Shown piece after piece: positions 39,737-50,500 of a stretch of 64,000 bases of DNA. Every line of letters starts with the position of its first letter. Positions within the stretch are counted from its first letter, which is position 1. The notes under the pieces were generated by a model that searched no databases, had not been told where the DNA came from, and saw only the letters and a program-made list of their open reading frames with translations. The DNA is from Planctomycetota bacterium (GTDB lineage Bacteria; Planctomycetota; B15-G4): NCBI GenBank assembly GCA_965248575.1, contig CBDFJQ010000002.1, positions 640,001-704,000 on the forward strand. Reading direction: 5' to 3'. The translations under genes were made by a program, and so were the position numbers.

Positions 39737-40963
39737 ATGCTGGGCATGTCGTCCGCACCACTCCGCCCTGCCGCGCATCGCTTGATCAGCAAGATCGAGC
39801 AGAAGTTGGGGCGCACGCGTCTGCTCTCCAGACCTGCCATCGTGGATGTGGTGCTCACCAAGGCCTGCAATCTTTCGTGCACCTTTTGTCGGGACTATGA
39901 ACACCCCGGCGCGCGCAAGGTCTCACCAGAGCAGATGGAGTGCATCGCGGCGCAGCTCTTTCCCACGGCGCGCTGGGTGAACATCTGCAGTGGTGGGGAG
40001 CCCTACCTGCACACGGGCCTGGAACATCTCCTGCGTTTGGCACGAGGTCATGGTGCGCGGACCTGGGTGCTGTCCAACGGCATGTTGGTTGAGGAAGGGC
40101 GATTAGCGCGGATGCTCGAGCAGGACTTGATCACCGAGCACGGCTTCAGCGTCGATGGCATCAAGGCGGAGACGGTGGAGGGGATCCGGACAGGTGCTCA
40201 TCTGCCCACGATCCTGAAGAACATCGACACCTTGTTGCAGTTGCGGGGGCCTCGCTCCGGAAGTCCGGTGGCGGGCTCGTCGGGCCCGGGGGTCGTGGTG
40301 CGCTATGCACTGATGCGACGCAACATCGATGAACTGCCTGAGGCCGTCAGCTACTGGGGGCATCGGGGCATCGAGCGCCTGGATGCGGGATATCTGAACC
40401 TGGCCAACGGGATCGATCGGGATGAGAGCCTCTACTTCCATCAGGATCACATGCTGCGGGTGTTTGACAGGGCCCGTGAAGTGGCGCGCTCCTTCCCGCA
40501 ATTGACGTTGAGCTTGCCGCCCAGCGTGGCCGAGCAGCAGGAGTTGCAGCGGAACCCTTCCGCATGCCGCTCGCCCTGGGAGTTCGTGATGATCGACACG
40601 AGCGGCCGCGTGCTCCCCTGCTACCGCGCCTTCGAGGCCCTGCACATGGGGCAGCTGCACGGGGACGGCGCCCAGGACTTCTCGGACATCTGGAATTCAA
40701 CGGACTACCAGGCCCTGCGACGGACGGTGAACGACGACTCCGGGCCCAAGCACTACTCCTTCTGCAGCGTGTGCGAAAAGCGCCGGGGCTGGGGCTCCGC
40801 CGACAGCCACCTCGGGGATGAGACTTGGCGCCGAATGGCCTTCGAGGACCAGGCCGTTGCCGAGGGTATTGATCACCGGCGCACCGGCTATCGCAGCCTC
40901 GAGAGTTGGGATGCAGCGCAGGGTTCCGCTGGGCCGCAGGACCACGGGCCGGGGAGTGTATGA
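39737..40963 (+). CDS. Radical SAM protein with SPASM/twitch domain
   Basis: CNLSCTFC, GGEP, FSVDG; C-terminal CRSPW..G.VLPC..IWNS..CSVC. Confidence 0.92.
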   Translation: MLGMSSAPLRPAAHRLISKIEQKLGRTRLLSRPAIVDVVLTKACNLSCTFCRDYEHPGARKVSPEQMECIAAQLFPTARWVNICSGGEPYLHTGLEHLLRLARGHGARTWVLSNGMLVEEGRLARMLEQDLITEHGFSVDGIKAETVEGIRTGAHLPTILKNIDTLLQLRGPRSGSPVAGSSGPGVVVRYALMRRNIDELPEAVSYWGHRGIERLDAGYLNLANGIDRDESLYFHQDHMLRVFDRAREVARSFPQLTLSLPPSVAEQQELQRNPSACRSPWEFVMIDTSGRVLPCYRAFEALHMGQLHGDGAQDFSDIWNSTDYQALRRTVNDDSGPKHYSFCSVCEKRRGWGSADSHLGDETWRRMAFEDQAVAEGIDHRRTGYRSLESWDAAQGSAGPQDHGPGSV

Positions 40964-42072
40964 AGCCACTCAGTCGGACCAGATTCAGCCTGCTGTGTGT
41001 GTCCATCCTCGTGGGCGCCGTCTTGGCTGCTGAAGGTCTCACCCGTTGGCGTGCCCAGGTGCGCTTCGGGGATTTGCAGGATGTCTACCAGCTCTTCGAG
41101 AGTCTTCCCGCGGGCGAGCGGGTCCTGCGCCTCGTTCCCAACAGCGATGTGCAGTTCCTGGGCGGGAGGGTCCAGGCAGATTCGCGTGGGTTACGGAGCC
41201 CGGAGCTCCTGGACCCAAAGCCGGAGCATGGGCTGCTGGTGGGTTTCCTGGGGGGCTCCACCACTTTCTGCACCCAGGCGGCAGACAACGAGAGCACATG
41301 GCCCAGCCTCGTCGCTGACACACTCCGTTCAGCGCTGGCTGTCGAGCAAGTGGAATACTTCAACGCAGCAGGGACTGGCTTCGGCGTGAGCGAGAGCCGG
41401 CTTCGAATTGAGAACGATTTGGCGGATCTCGAACCGGATGTCGTGGTGATCTACCACGCCACGAACGATCTCGCCCGGGACAGTGGTGTGCTTGCCCGGG
41501 AGTTGGGTCTCTTCGACGAGCCGCCTCTTCCCTCGTGGCTCGAGCAGCGCCTCCTGCTTTGGAAGCTGATCCTGAAGAACATCCGCTACCAGGGAGCGCA
41601 GCAGTCAGGACGGAGTTCGGCAGACAAGCTCACGGCTCCAGCGACTGAATGGTCCGCGAGCTTCGAAGAGGAGCTGCGCGCCTTGGTGCAGGCGGTCCAG
41701 GCCCCTGGACGACGTGTGGTCCTGCTGACCTTCGCGACGCTGATGAGACGCGAGCAGAGCCAAGCGGCCCAGCTGGAGAACATGGCACAGGCCTTCACCT
41801 TCATGCCCTATTTGACGCCGGAGGCCTCCTTCGCAGCGTACGAGGAATACAACCGGATCATTGGCCAGGTGGCCTCCGACACGGGTTCGCTGCTCATCGA
41901 TCTGGCCGACGAGATCTCCGGGGATAGGGATCACTTCTCGGATTCCGTCCACTTCACCGAGCAGGGTTGCAGGCGCATGGCCGAGCTGGTGAGCCTGGGG
42001 GTGCTCGACGATGTGCAGTTCGGAGCGCTGGTCGAGGCGACGGCAGCGGCGTCTGAGCAGCAAGACGGCTGA
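40960..42072 (+). CDS. SGNH/GDSL hydrolase family protein
   Basis: GGSTT, YHATND, DSVHF; N-terminal TM; ATGA overlap with the radical SAM stop. Confidence 0.82.
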   Translation: MKPLSRTRFSLLCVSILVGAVLAAEGLTRWRAQVRFGDLQDVYQLFESLPAGERVLRLVPNSDVQFLGGRVQADSRGLRSPELLDPKPEHGLLVGFLGGSTTFCTQAADNESTWPSLVADTLRSALAVEQVEYFNAAGTGFGVSESRLRIENDLADLEPDVVVIYHATNDLARDSGVLARELGLFDEPPLPSWLEQRLLLWKLILKNIRYQGAQQSGRSSADKLTAPATEWSASFEEELRALVQAVQAPGRRVVLLTFATLMRREQSQAAQLENMAQAFTFMPYLTPEASFAAYEEYNRIIGQVASDTGSLLIDLADEISGDRDHFSDSVHFTEQGCRRMAELVSLGVLDDVQFGALVEATAAASEQQDG

Positions 42073-42086
42073 GGTGCGAGCAGCGC

Positions 42087-42461
42087 TCAGCCTCCGGAGA
42101 GCTTGACCGTCCAGCCCTTGGCTTGGAGTTCGCGCAGCAGTTGCTCGCGGTGATCTCCCTGGATCTCGATCACACCGTGCTTCACGGAGCCGCCCGTTCC
42201 GCAGCGTTGCTTCAGGGCCTTGGCCAGCAGCTTGAGGTCGCTGGGAGTGAGAGGCACGCCGTGGATGAGCGTGACGCCCTTGCCCTTGCGGCCCTTGGTC
42301 TCCCGTGCGATGCGCACCACACCGTCCGTCTCAGGCACGACTTCTGCAGCCGACCCGCAGAGACACTGCTCTACGGGTTGGCTGCAGCCGGGGCACATGC
42401 GCCCGTGTTCTGAGTCCGAAATGAGGCCGCCCAGAGGTATCCGACGCTTGGGCGATGCCAC
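42087..42461 (-). CDS. yciH: Translation initiation factor SUI1 family (YciH)
   Basis: RETKGRKGKGVT, LKQRCGTGGSVK, IEIQGDHR. Confidence 0.93.
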   Translation of the reverse strand: MASPKRRIPLGGLISDSEHGRMCPGCSQPVEQCLCGSAAEVVPETDGVVRIARETKGRKGKGVTLIHGVPLTPSDLKLLAKALKQRCGTGGSVKHGVIEIQGDHREQLLRELQAKGWTVKLSGG

Positions 42462-42464
42462 GAC

Positions 42465-43856
42465 CTAGTACATGCGCGGCATCACCCGCGCCTTGCCACC
42501 AGGGCTCGACTTCTTGGCACTGGACCCAGCACTGCCAGCTGCTGCGCCGGCCTTGCGGCCGCCACTCTTGCCAGCGCCCGCCTTGCGTCCGCCTGCCTTG
42601 CGGCCCTTGCCAGCGCGACTCGTGGCCTGCTTGCCGCCGCCGCGACGCCCTTGCTGCTGTGAGCCGCCGCCAGGCTTCTTGGGTGCCGGCGGCGGGTTGT
42701 GGCGATCGAAGGGGATGGTTGAGCGGTAGGCGTGGTCCTTAACAACCTCGACTTCGATCCGAATGGCCTTCTCGATGTCCGAGAGGTAGGCCCGCTCGTC
42801 GATGTCGCAGAAGGAGATGGCCACGCCATCCCGCCCTGCGCGCGCCGTGCGCCCGATGCGGTGCACGTAGCTGTCGGTGATGTTGGGCAGGTCGAAGTTG
42901 ATCACGTGGGTGATCTCGGGCACATCGATGCCGCGTGCTGCGATGTCCGTCGCCACGAGGGTTCGCACCTTGCCACTGCGGAAGCCGTCGAGGGCGCGTT
43001 CGCGCTGACCCTGGGACTTGTTGCCGTGGATGGCTTCGGCCCGTTGGCCGATTTGCCGCAGATGCTTCACGACGCGGTCGGCACCATGCTTGGTCCGCGT
43101 GAACACGAGCACGCGCTCGATGCCCTCGTCTTTGAGCACCTCGCCGAGCAGGTGGCGCTTGTCGCTTTTCTCGACGAGCAGCACCTTCTGGGAGATCCGG
43201 TCCACCGTGGTCGCGGGCGGCGTCACTTCGACCCGCAGCGGATCGCGCAGGATGGACTTGGACAGTCGCACGATGTCGTCGGGCATGGTGGCGGAGAAGA
43301 GCAGGGACTGCCGATCCTTGGGCAGCTTCGCGATGACCTTGCGGACGTCGTGAATGAAACCCATGTCCAACATGCGATCAGCCTCATCGAGCACGAAGAC
43401 TTCGATCTCGCTGAGGATGATCTGCTTCTGGTCCATGAGATCGAGCAGCCGACCGGGGGTAGCCACCACGACGTCGATGCCCTGCTTGAGCGCCTTGACC
43501 TGGGGGCCTTGTCCGACGCCACCGAAGATGACGCTGTGCCGAAGGCGCAGGTGACGGCCGTAGACAGCGAAGCTCTCGCCGATCTGCGCCGCCAGTTCGC
43601 GCGTGGGTGTCAAGATCAACACGCTGGGCTTGCGCGGGAGCCGCTCCTGCGGCTCCCTGGCGAGGAAGTCCAGGATGGGCAGCGCGAAGGCTGCCGTCTT
43701 GCCGGTGCCTGTTTGGGCGATGCCCAACAGGTCGCGCCCTTCGAGCAGAGGCGGAATCGCCTGGGCTTGAATGGGCGTCGGTGTGTCATAGCCCTGCTCG
43801 CTGATCGCGCGCAGGAGAGGCTCCATGAGTTGGAGCTCGTTGAACGAAGTGGTCAT
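42465..43856 (-). CDS. rhlE: DEAD-box RNA helicase RhlE-like
   Basis: GYDTPTPIQ, AQTGTGKT, PTRELA, DEADRMLDMGF, SAT, HGNKSQ, HRIGRTARAG; basic Gly-rich tail. Confidence 0.9.
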   Translation of the reverse strand: MTTSFNELQLMEPLLRAISEQGYDTPTPIQAQAIPPLLEGRDLLGIAQTGTGKTAAFALPILDFLAREPQERLPRKPSVLILTPTRELAAQIGESFAVYGRHLRLRHSVIFGGVGQGPQVKALKQGIDVVVATPGRLLDLMDQKQIILSEIEVFVLDEADRMLDMGFIHDVRKVIAKLPKDRQSLLFSATMPDDIVRLSKSILRDPLRVEVTPPATTVDRISQKVLLVEKSDKRHLLGEVLKDEGIERVLVFTRTKHGADRVVKHLRQIGQRAEAIHGNKSQGQRERALDGFRSGKVRTLVATDIAARGIDVPEITHVINFDLPNITDSYVHRIGRTARAGRDGVAISFCDIDERAYLSDIEKAIRIEVEVVKDHAYRSTIPFDRHNPPPAPKKPGGGSQQQGRRGGGKQATSRAGKGRKAGGRKAGAGKSGGRKAGAAAGSAGSSAKKSSPGGKARVMPRMY

Positions 43857-43857
43857 A

Positions 43858-44034
43858 TCAGGGATTGCGATCCAGGGATCCATCATCTTCGGGGCGCTCG
43901 TAGATCACGATCCCGGGGGAGCCGTCCGAGCGCTGGGCGTCGCGGTCTTCCTTGCGACGTGCTTTCTCTTCCTTCTTCTCGCGCTTCTTTTGTTCACGGA
44001 TGCGCTTCACGATACTGGGATGGGGCTTGGCCAA
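43858..44034 (-). CDS. Small basic protein upstream of rhlE (58 aa; absent from the ORF track)
   Basis: Hand translation from TTG: MAKPHPSIVKRIREQKKREKKEEKARRKEDRDAQRSDGSPGIVIYERPEDDGSLDRNP*; stop is 1 nt before the rhlE ATG. Confidence 0.65.
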   Translation of the reverse strand: MAKPHPSIVKRIREQKKREKKEEKARRKEDRDAQRSDGSPGIVIYERPEDDGSLDRNP

Positions 44035-44562
44035 AGTCTTGAACTCGCTTGGGATAGGGTGGTGCAGTTAGGGAAGGGGTGAACCGGTCCTCAGGGCCTC
44101 ATGCTGTGAGGTGACCGTGATGGGAACGGGTTTGAAGTCGGGCCGATGCGTCCGCAGGGGACGGGGAGGTCAACGCTCCGCTGTCATTTCCTTGTTCTTG
44201 CTCATGGTGTGCGCGGATGATCCTCGGCTCTGGGATCAAACCGCGTGAAGAGGCGAGGCCTCGACGTCGGGGAAGCCCGGCTGACGGTTGGTTGGCTTCC
44301 CCTCTGCTCCTGTCGACATTCGACGAGGTGCAATGGAGAACTCTTCCAATCAACGTGGCCAGTGGACCATGAGCCGTGCGGCACCTTATGCGCTGATCCT
44401 GAACAATGCGAGGGAATCCGAGAGGGAATTCCCATCTGGAGCAGCTGACTTGCCCGGTCGCTGTGCGCTGCTCAAGATCTCCAGCGGCAGCCGTTCCAGC
44501 TCCGCTTGGGGCGGGCGGATTCCCTGCTCAAGCGATGTCCCGGCTCCCGGCATGACTCTCTG

Positions 44563-46871
44563 ATGGCACCTGAACTCGTGTGGGGCGTCGTGCCCCGGCT
44601 GATCGGCTTGGCGTTCTTGACCGCCTTCCTGTCGCTCTCACGACAAGTCGTCCCGCTGGTGGGAGCGCGGGGGGTGTCCCCGTTGGGGGATCGCATGGCG
44701 CGGCTACGCAAGGATGTGCCAGCCCCGCGGCGCTGGTTCGAAATGCCCAGTCTCTTCTGGCTCAGCTCCAGCGACCTTGCGCTGGCCGCACTGCCCTGGC
44801 TTGGAGTGTTGGGGGCTTGCCTGGCCATCGCAGGTGGTGCCCTCGGGTGGTGGGGGTTGCTCCTGTGTTGGCTGTGTTTCTTGTCCTTGGATGTGTGCGC
44901 CCTCTGGTTGCCTTGGGACACGCTCCTGCTGGAGGTGGGTTTCCTGGCGCTGTTCTTGCCGCCGACTCAGGCCTTGCCCGGCTGGAAGCAACGGTGCTGC
45001 CCCTGGCCAGCGTGGCTTTCCTGTTCCGCTGGTTGCTGATCCGCCTCATGTGGGGCTTCGCCAAGCTGAAGTTCGTGGGCACCGAGAAGGGCGACGGCCT
45101 CTACCTCCAAGGCTTCCTGACCTGGTTGCCCATGCCCACGCCCTTGGGTTGGTTCGCTCAACATGCTCCACCCTGGGCGCTGCGGCTGGGGTGCTTGTTC
45201 ATGTGGGTGGCCGAGGTGCTTGCGCCTTTGCTCGCGTGCTTCCCGGGGACGCCGCGCCTGATCGGCGCGAGCCTGCTGGTCATGCTCATGCTCGGGATCT
45301 GGGCCACGGGAAACTGGGGGCACTTCAATCTCGCGTACGCCGGGCTCTGCATCGTCTTCCTGGACCATGAGGCGCAGCTGAGTGACGCCTTGGGAGCGGG
45401 GAGCGCAGCCCTCGGTGGGTTTGGAGGTCTGCTGACGCACGGGGTACTGCTGGCTTTGTTCCTCGCCAGCCTCGTGATGTTCCCGCTCAACAGCTGGGTC
45501 AATCAGTCGACCTTCCAGTGGAACGCCGATCGACTGGCGTGGGGGCGCCCGGTAGTGCAGCGCCTAGCGTGGGTGCTGCGCGCCATCAACCGCCTGAGGT
45601 TGGTGGGCGCCTACGGCGTCTTTCCTCCCAACACCAGTCCGCCCATCAAGATGGTCCCCGTCATGGAGGGCAGTCACGACGGGGTGCAGTGGACGCCCAT
45701 CCCATGGCGGTTCATGCCGGTGGGGGAGCGCAGCCCGCCGCGTTTCATCGCACCGCACCACCCCCGTCTCGATCACAGCTGCATCTATGCAGGTCTGGGC
45801 CTCAACGAGGCCGATGCCGCAGGGGGCATGATGTTCGAGGTGAAGCCCTACGGCATGTCGCCCTATGGCCCGGCCTCGTGGTTGCATCGCGTGGTTCAAC
45901 GTGTGCTGGAGGGCGAGCCCAGTGTGCTCCGGCTGCTCGGCAAGAACCCTTTCCCAGGTCAACCTCCGAGGTTGGTGCGCGTGGTGCACCAATGCCTGAA
46001 GCCCACGTCCCTGGCCGAGCGTCGGCGCAGCGGTCGCTGGTGGCACGCCCGCAGCATGTGCGTGCTGCACGAGCCTGTGTCGAGCGATCCTGGTCTGTGG
46101 GAGCGCTGGATTCCGCTGCCGGAAGCAGTGCATCCCGAGCTGAGTCACTGGCGTCGTGGGAGCCCTGCCTTGGCTAGCCTGCGGGAAGTCGTGGCCGAGG
46201 GCGGCCCGACGGCGGAGAACCTCTGCGTCGACAGTGACCTGTGCGCGGCGGACGTACGGCAGTTCTGGGAGCGTTTCGTGCCGGCGGTGAAGGAGGCTGA
46301 AAACTTCGGCAACTGGGATTCGGTCCTGGAGCGCGCCGCCGAGCTGCGCATCCGCTTCACGGCGTCGGAGATGCGCTGCTTTGAACAGGTGCATCAGCGA
46401 TCGGTTCACCTCCTGGAGGTGCGAGCAGAGCCCTTCGTCTATGGCTCCCACGAGCCTCGCTGGCACGTCGAGCATGCGTACCAGCTGCTGTCCCAACTTG
46501 GGGTTCTCGTTTTCGAGGGAGAGCAGGAGTTCCTGCGGGATCTTGCGGACCCCGCCCGGATGATTCCCCGTGTCGCCGAGCTGGATGACGCGACGCTTCT
46601 CTACCCCCTGGCCCTGTTCCGCCCTGACATGCTGCGAGCCTTGGTGCTCAGCCTGAGAGCGAGGACCGCCTTGTCACGCGCGCCGGACATGCCCTTCGGA
46701 ATCGGTCGCTACAAGGACTTCCTGCTCTCTCGCTGTCTGGGCGCCCAGTGGTTCCCTGAATGCAACAAGACGGACAGCGGTGTCTGGACCGTCGACCCCA
46801 CGGGTTTCGCGCAGGGCGGTGGGCTGCCCCGCGCTCCCGAGGTAGGATCCCCACCGCTGGCGACGAGTTGA
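44563..46871 (+). pseudogene. Lipase maturation factor (LMF1) family membrane protein, frameshifted near 44980 (true lesion or sequence error)
   Basis: N-terminal LMF motifs (RLIGLAFLTAFLSL, WDTLLLEVGFL) are in one frame; FRWLLIRLMWG..K, PMPTPL, TGNWGHF, YGVF, PHHPRLD are in another. Confidence 0.75.
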
Positions 46872-46900
46872 CCGCACGGCGGTCGATCCTGCTCCCCCTG

Positions 46901-47581
46901 ATGGACAACTTGCATGACGTGGCCCGTGTGACGTGGATCGACGACGTGGCCGCCGACGGCGACCAGCCCGCGGCTCGCAACCTGCTGTTGGACCTGGAGC
47001 GGGAGGTGGAGGCGGAGGGGCTGCGGCTGCAGGGCTTGGGCCTCTCATGCCGCGGCTTCGTGTCCAGCGAACTCTCAGCCGTTCATGCGGCTCTCGCATC
47101 CGTACTGGAGCGAGACCTGGCTCGTGGCCTCGTGTTTTGCGAGTGGGGCTGCGGCATGGGGGCCATCTGCGCCCTGGCCGCGTCTCTGGGATACGAAGCC
47201 CACGGGATCGAGATCCAAGCCGAGCTGGTGGACATCGCCCGGGAGCTGCTCACACGCTTTGATTTGGAGGCGGGCATTGCGCACGGCACCTATCTCCTGC
47301 CCGGCCATGAGGACATCTTGCCTGACTGTCCACACACCGATGCTGCTTCGAGCCGAACGGCGTATCAGGAGTTGGGCTTGAACCCCGACGGGTGTGACGT
47401 GGTCTTCGCCTATCCCTGGCCGGGCGAGGAGGCGATGCACGATGTCGTGTTCGTACGGCAGGCGACGGAGGGGGCTCTGCTGCTCACATACCACGACGGC
47501 TCGCGAGTGTTGATCCAACGCCACAGGGGGCCGGACCGCGAGCTGGAATCCCTGGGTTGGGTGGACGCTTCGGGCCGCTAG
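46901..47581 (+). CDS. Class I SAM-dependent methyltransferase-like protein
   Basis: FCEWGCGMG motif I, GIEI, DVVFAYPWPGE. Confidence 0.8.
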   Translation: MDNLHDVARVTWIDDVAADGDQPAARNLLLDLEREVEAEGLRLQGLGLSCRGFVSSELSAVHAALASVLERDLARGLVFCEWGCGMGAICALAASLGYEAHGIEIQAELVDIARELLTRFDLEAGIAHGTYLLPGHEDILPDCPHTDAASSRTAYQELGLNPDGCDVVFAYPWPGEEAMHDVVFVRQATEGALLLTYHDGSRVLIQRHRGPDRELESLGWVDASGR

Positions 47582-47589
47582 GAGCGACG

Positions 47590-50500
47590 TCAGCTCCGGG
47601 CGCGCAGCGCTGCTGCCGTATGACCCGGTGTCAGCTTGCCCAGGCTGCTCGGCGGCCCCGCGACCATCAGCCGCCCTCCGTCTGCTCCCGCCTCGGGCCC
47701 GAGGTCGATCACCCAGTCGGCAGCAGCGATGGCTGACAGCCGATGTTCGGTGGTCAACACGAGATCACCCCGGTCCGCGAGCTTTCGGAAGACCTTGAGG
47801 ATGCGGCCGAGGTCCGCTTCGTGCAAAGCCGTGGACGGCTCGTCGTAAAGTGAGACGGCGGGTGTGGTCGAGTGCATCAGGCTCGCCGCCAGCTGCACGC
47901 GCGCTGACTCCCCGCCTGAAAGCTCCACACGGGGGCGGCCCAGGGGGAGATGGCCCAAGGCTACATCGTCCAAGGCGGTCAGGCCCGCGCAGAGGGCGCG
48001 CTGCTCCTTCCCGCATGCGTGTTCGGGTAGAGCCGCCAGGCTCATGAGCAGTTGTTCGGCGGGCTCCTCCAGGATCTGCACGATGCTCTTTCCGTTCCAG
48101 CGCACCTGGCAGACCTCGGGGCGGAAGCGGCGCCCGTTGCAGACCTGGCACGGCAGGTCTACGTCCGCAAGGAAGTCCATGCTGACCTGCTCGCGCCCAC
48201 TGCCTTTGCAGGCTGGGCAGCGCCCCGCTGTGTTACCCGGCTTGAAGGCCCGTGCAGGGAGTCGCTGCCCGCTGTTCGCCTGTGCGCTTGCGGCGCTGAA
48301 CACGGCGCCGAGTGGTGCGGCCAACTGAAGCGCAACGAGGGTTGAGCTGGTCGCCGTCGTTCGATGGGCGTCTCGCGCATCGTGCAGTGCCTTGTAGCGC
48401 TCGAACCCACCAGGGATGTCGAGGGTCTCGCACTTCACGGGCGCCTGTGCCGCGAAGGAAGCTCCCAGGACATCGAACAGCAGGCTGCTCTTGCCACTGC
48501 CAGAGACACCCGTGATGCACACCAGGCCGGAGGCGGGGAACTGCACGTCGAGCTGCACGAGGTTGTGGGCATGGGCTCCGCGCAGTTGGATCAGCGGAGT
48601 GTTCGGCGTCCCGGCTGCGGTGCGTTCGTCGCTGCCGGGCCGGGCCCTCAAGGCGCGCGCGGTGGGGCCGTCGCCACTCAGCACACGCTCCGGGGGGCCG
48701 GTCTCCAGCAGTTGACCACCCTTGGCACCGCCCTCTGGGCCCAGCTCGAGCAGATGGTCGGCCCGCCGCAGGACGGACGGGCGGTGTGAGACCAGGACGA
48801 CGGTGTTGCCCTCCTGCTGGAAGGTGTGCAAGCGGTCCAGGAGCTGTTGGACGTCCCGCTCATGCAGGCCGGCCGTGGGCTCGTCGAGGACGAGGGTCAG
48901 GCCGACGAGACCCGAACGAAGGACTCCGCCTAGGCGCACCCGTTGCAGTTCGCCACTCGAGAGCGTGCGCACGGGGCGACCCAGTTGAAGATGGCCGAGA
49001 CCCAGGGACTGCAACTCAGCGAGGCGCACGCACAGTTCGGGACGCAGGGCTTCCAGCACCGGGTCCTGGGTGCTGGATCGGAAGAGAGCCGAGACCGCCA
49101 CCAGGCTGAGCTGCTCCAGCTCGGGAAGACTCACACCCAAGACGCGCGTCTCGCGCGGGATCTGAGTCAGGCCCGAACCCGAACACGACGGGCACTCGGC
49201 GTCAGCCAGCGGCGCGCTCCATTCGGCCGCACGCTTGGAGCGGGCGCGGTGGTCAGCCTCCGCCTCCACGAGAGCACAGAGCCCGCTCCAGCTAGTCTCG
49301 AATTCATGGCTGCCGTCGCCTTCTGCGCTGGAGGCAAACTCCCACTGCACCCGCAGGCTTTGCGGCTTTCGAGACCCCGGGTCCTCGAGGCCATGCAAGG
49401 CCATGTCGCGGACACTCGGCGGCAGCTCGTTCCAGGGCCGCGTCTTCAGCAAATCCCAGATCTCGGCAGGGGACCGGCAGGGTTCTAGCGCTGGTTCCTG
49501 AAGACGGTCGGCGACCTGGTCTGCATCCTGGTCAGTGACCTGCCCAGCGACCAGGGCCGCCACCAGGGTGGCCATGTGCTGGCCGTCCGCTTCGGTGAAG
49601 AAACGACCCGGGCGGCTCCCGCCGGCGGCCCCGCTCGCTGCCGTCGAGGGACCTGCCCCGAGCAGGGGCCGGTGCGGTGCGTCGATCAGCCTTTGAGGGT
49701 CGCAGCGCTGGCTCGTGCCGCGACCGCCACAGACCTCGCAGGCACCCTCCCTTCGCTCACGGCTGAAGTGCGAGGCGCTGAGGCCGCAGGGCTGCTCCTG
49801 CCAGAGCCCGGCGCGGGAGTAGATCAAGCGCAGCAGCGGCCCGCATTCCGATTGGGTTGCGACCGTCGAACGTCGGTCCAGGGCGCGGCGCGAGCTGGCA
49901 TGCCCTTGCCCGAGATGAAGAGTGGGGCCCAACCCGCTGGCCGATTCGATCCGGGGCGCGGGCAGACGCCGCATGAAGCGTCGCACTTGGAACGGCAGGC
50001 TCTCGGCAAAGCGCGCCGTCGCTTCGCTGGCCAGGGTGTGTGTGACCAGCGAGGACTTGCCGCTGCCGGACACACCGCACACGGCCGTGAGCTGATGGCG
50101 AGGAAACGCGACGTCGATGCCGCGCAGGGAATGGGTGCGCACGCCGCGTAGCTCGATGGGGCGCTCGTCGCCTTGCTCTGCCGGCGGCGGAGGCTGTCGC
50201 TTGCTGAGGGCAGACCAGTCGGGCTGCGCCTCGCGCAGCGTGCTTCCGTCACGCAGTTCGATGAGATGGTCGGCAGCGGCCCAGACCTGCCGATGGTGTG
50301 AAATGGCGAGCACCGTGTGGCCCGCTTCCACCAGCGCGTGCAGGGCTACGAGCAGGTCGACCACATCGGTTGGAGCGAGCCCGCGATCGGGTTCATCGAG
50401 AACGACCAGCGTCGGTTCGCTGCGCCGCGTCCCCAAGAGAGTGCCGAGCTTGATGCGTTGAGATTCGCCGCGGCTGAGGCTGCCGGAGGACTGGCCGAGG

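Noticed and set aside
39737..40963. Radical SAM as a RiPP maturase
   Set aside because: No precursor peptide or RRE/PqqD domain seen nearby
44170..44205. 11-codon ORF MSKNKEMTAER on the - strand upstream of the rhlE unit
   Set aside because: No clear SD or attenuator; cannot be told apart from chance
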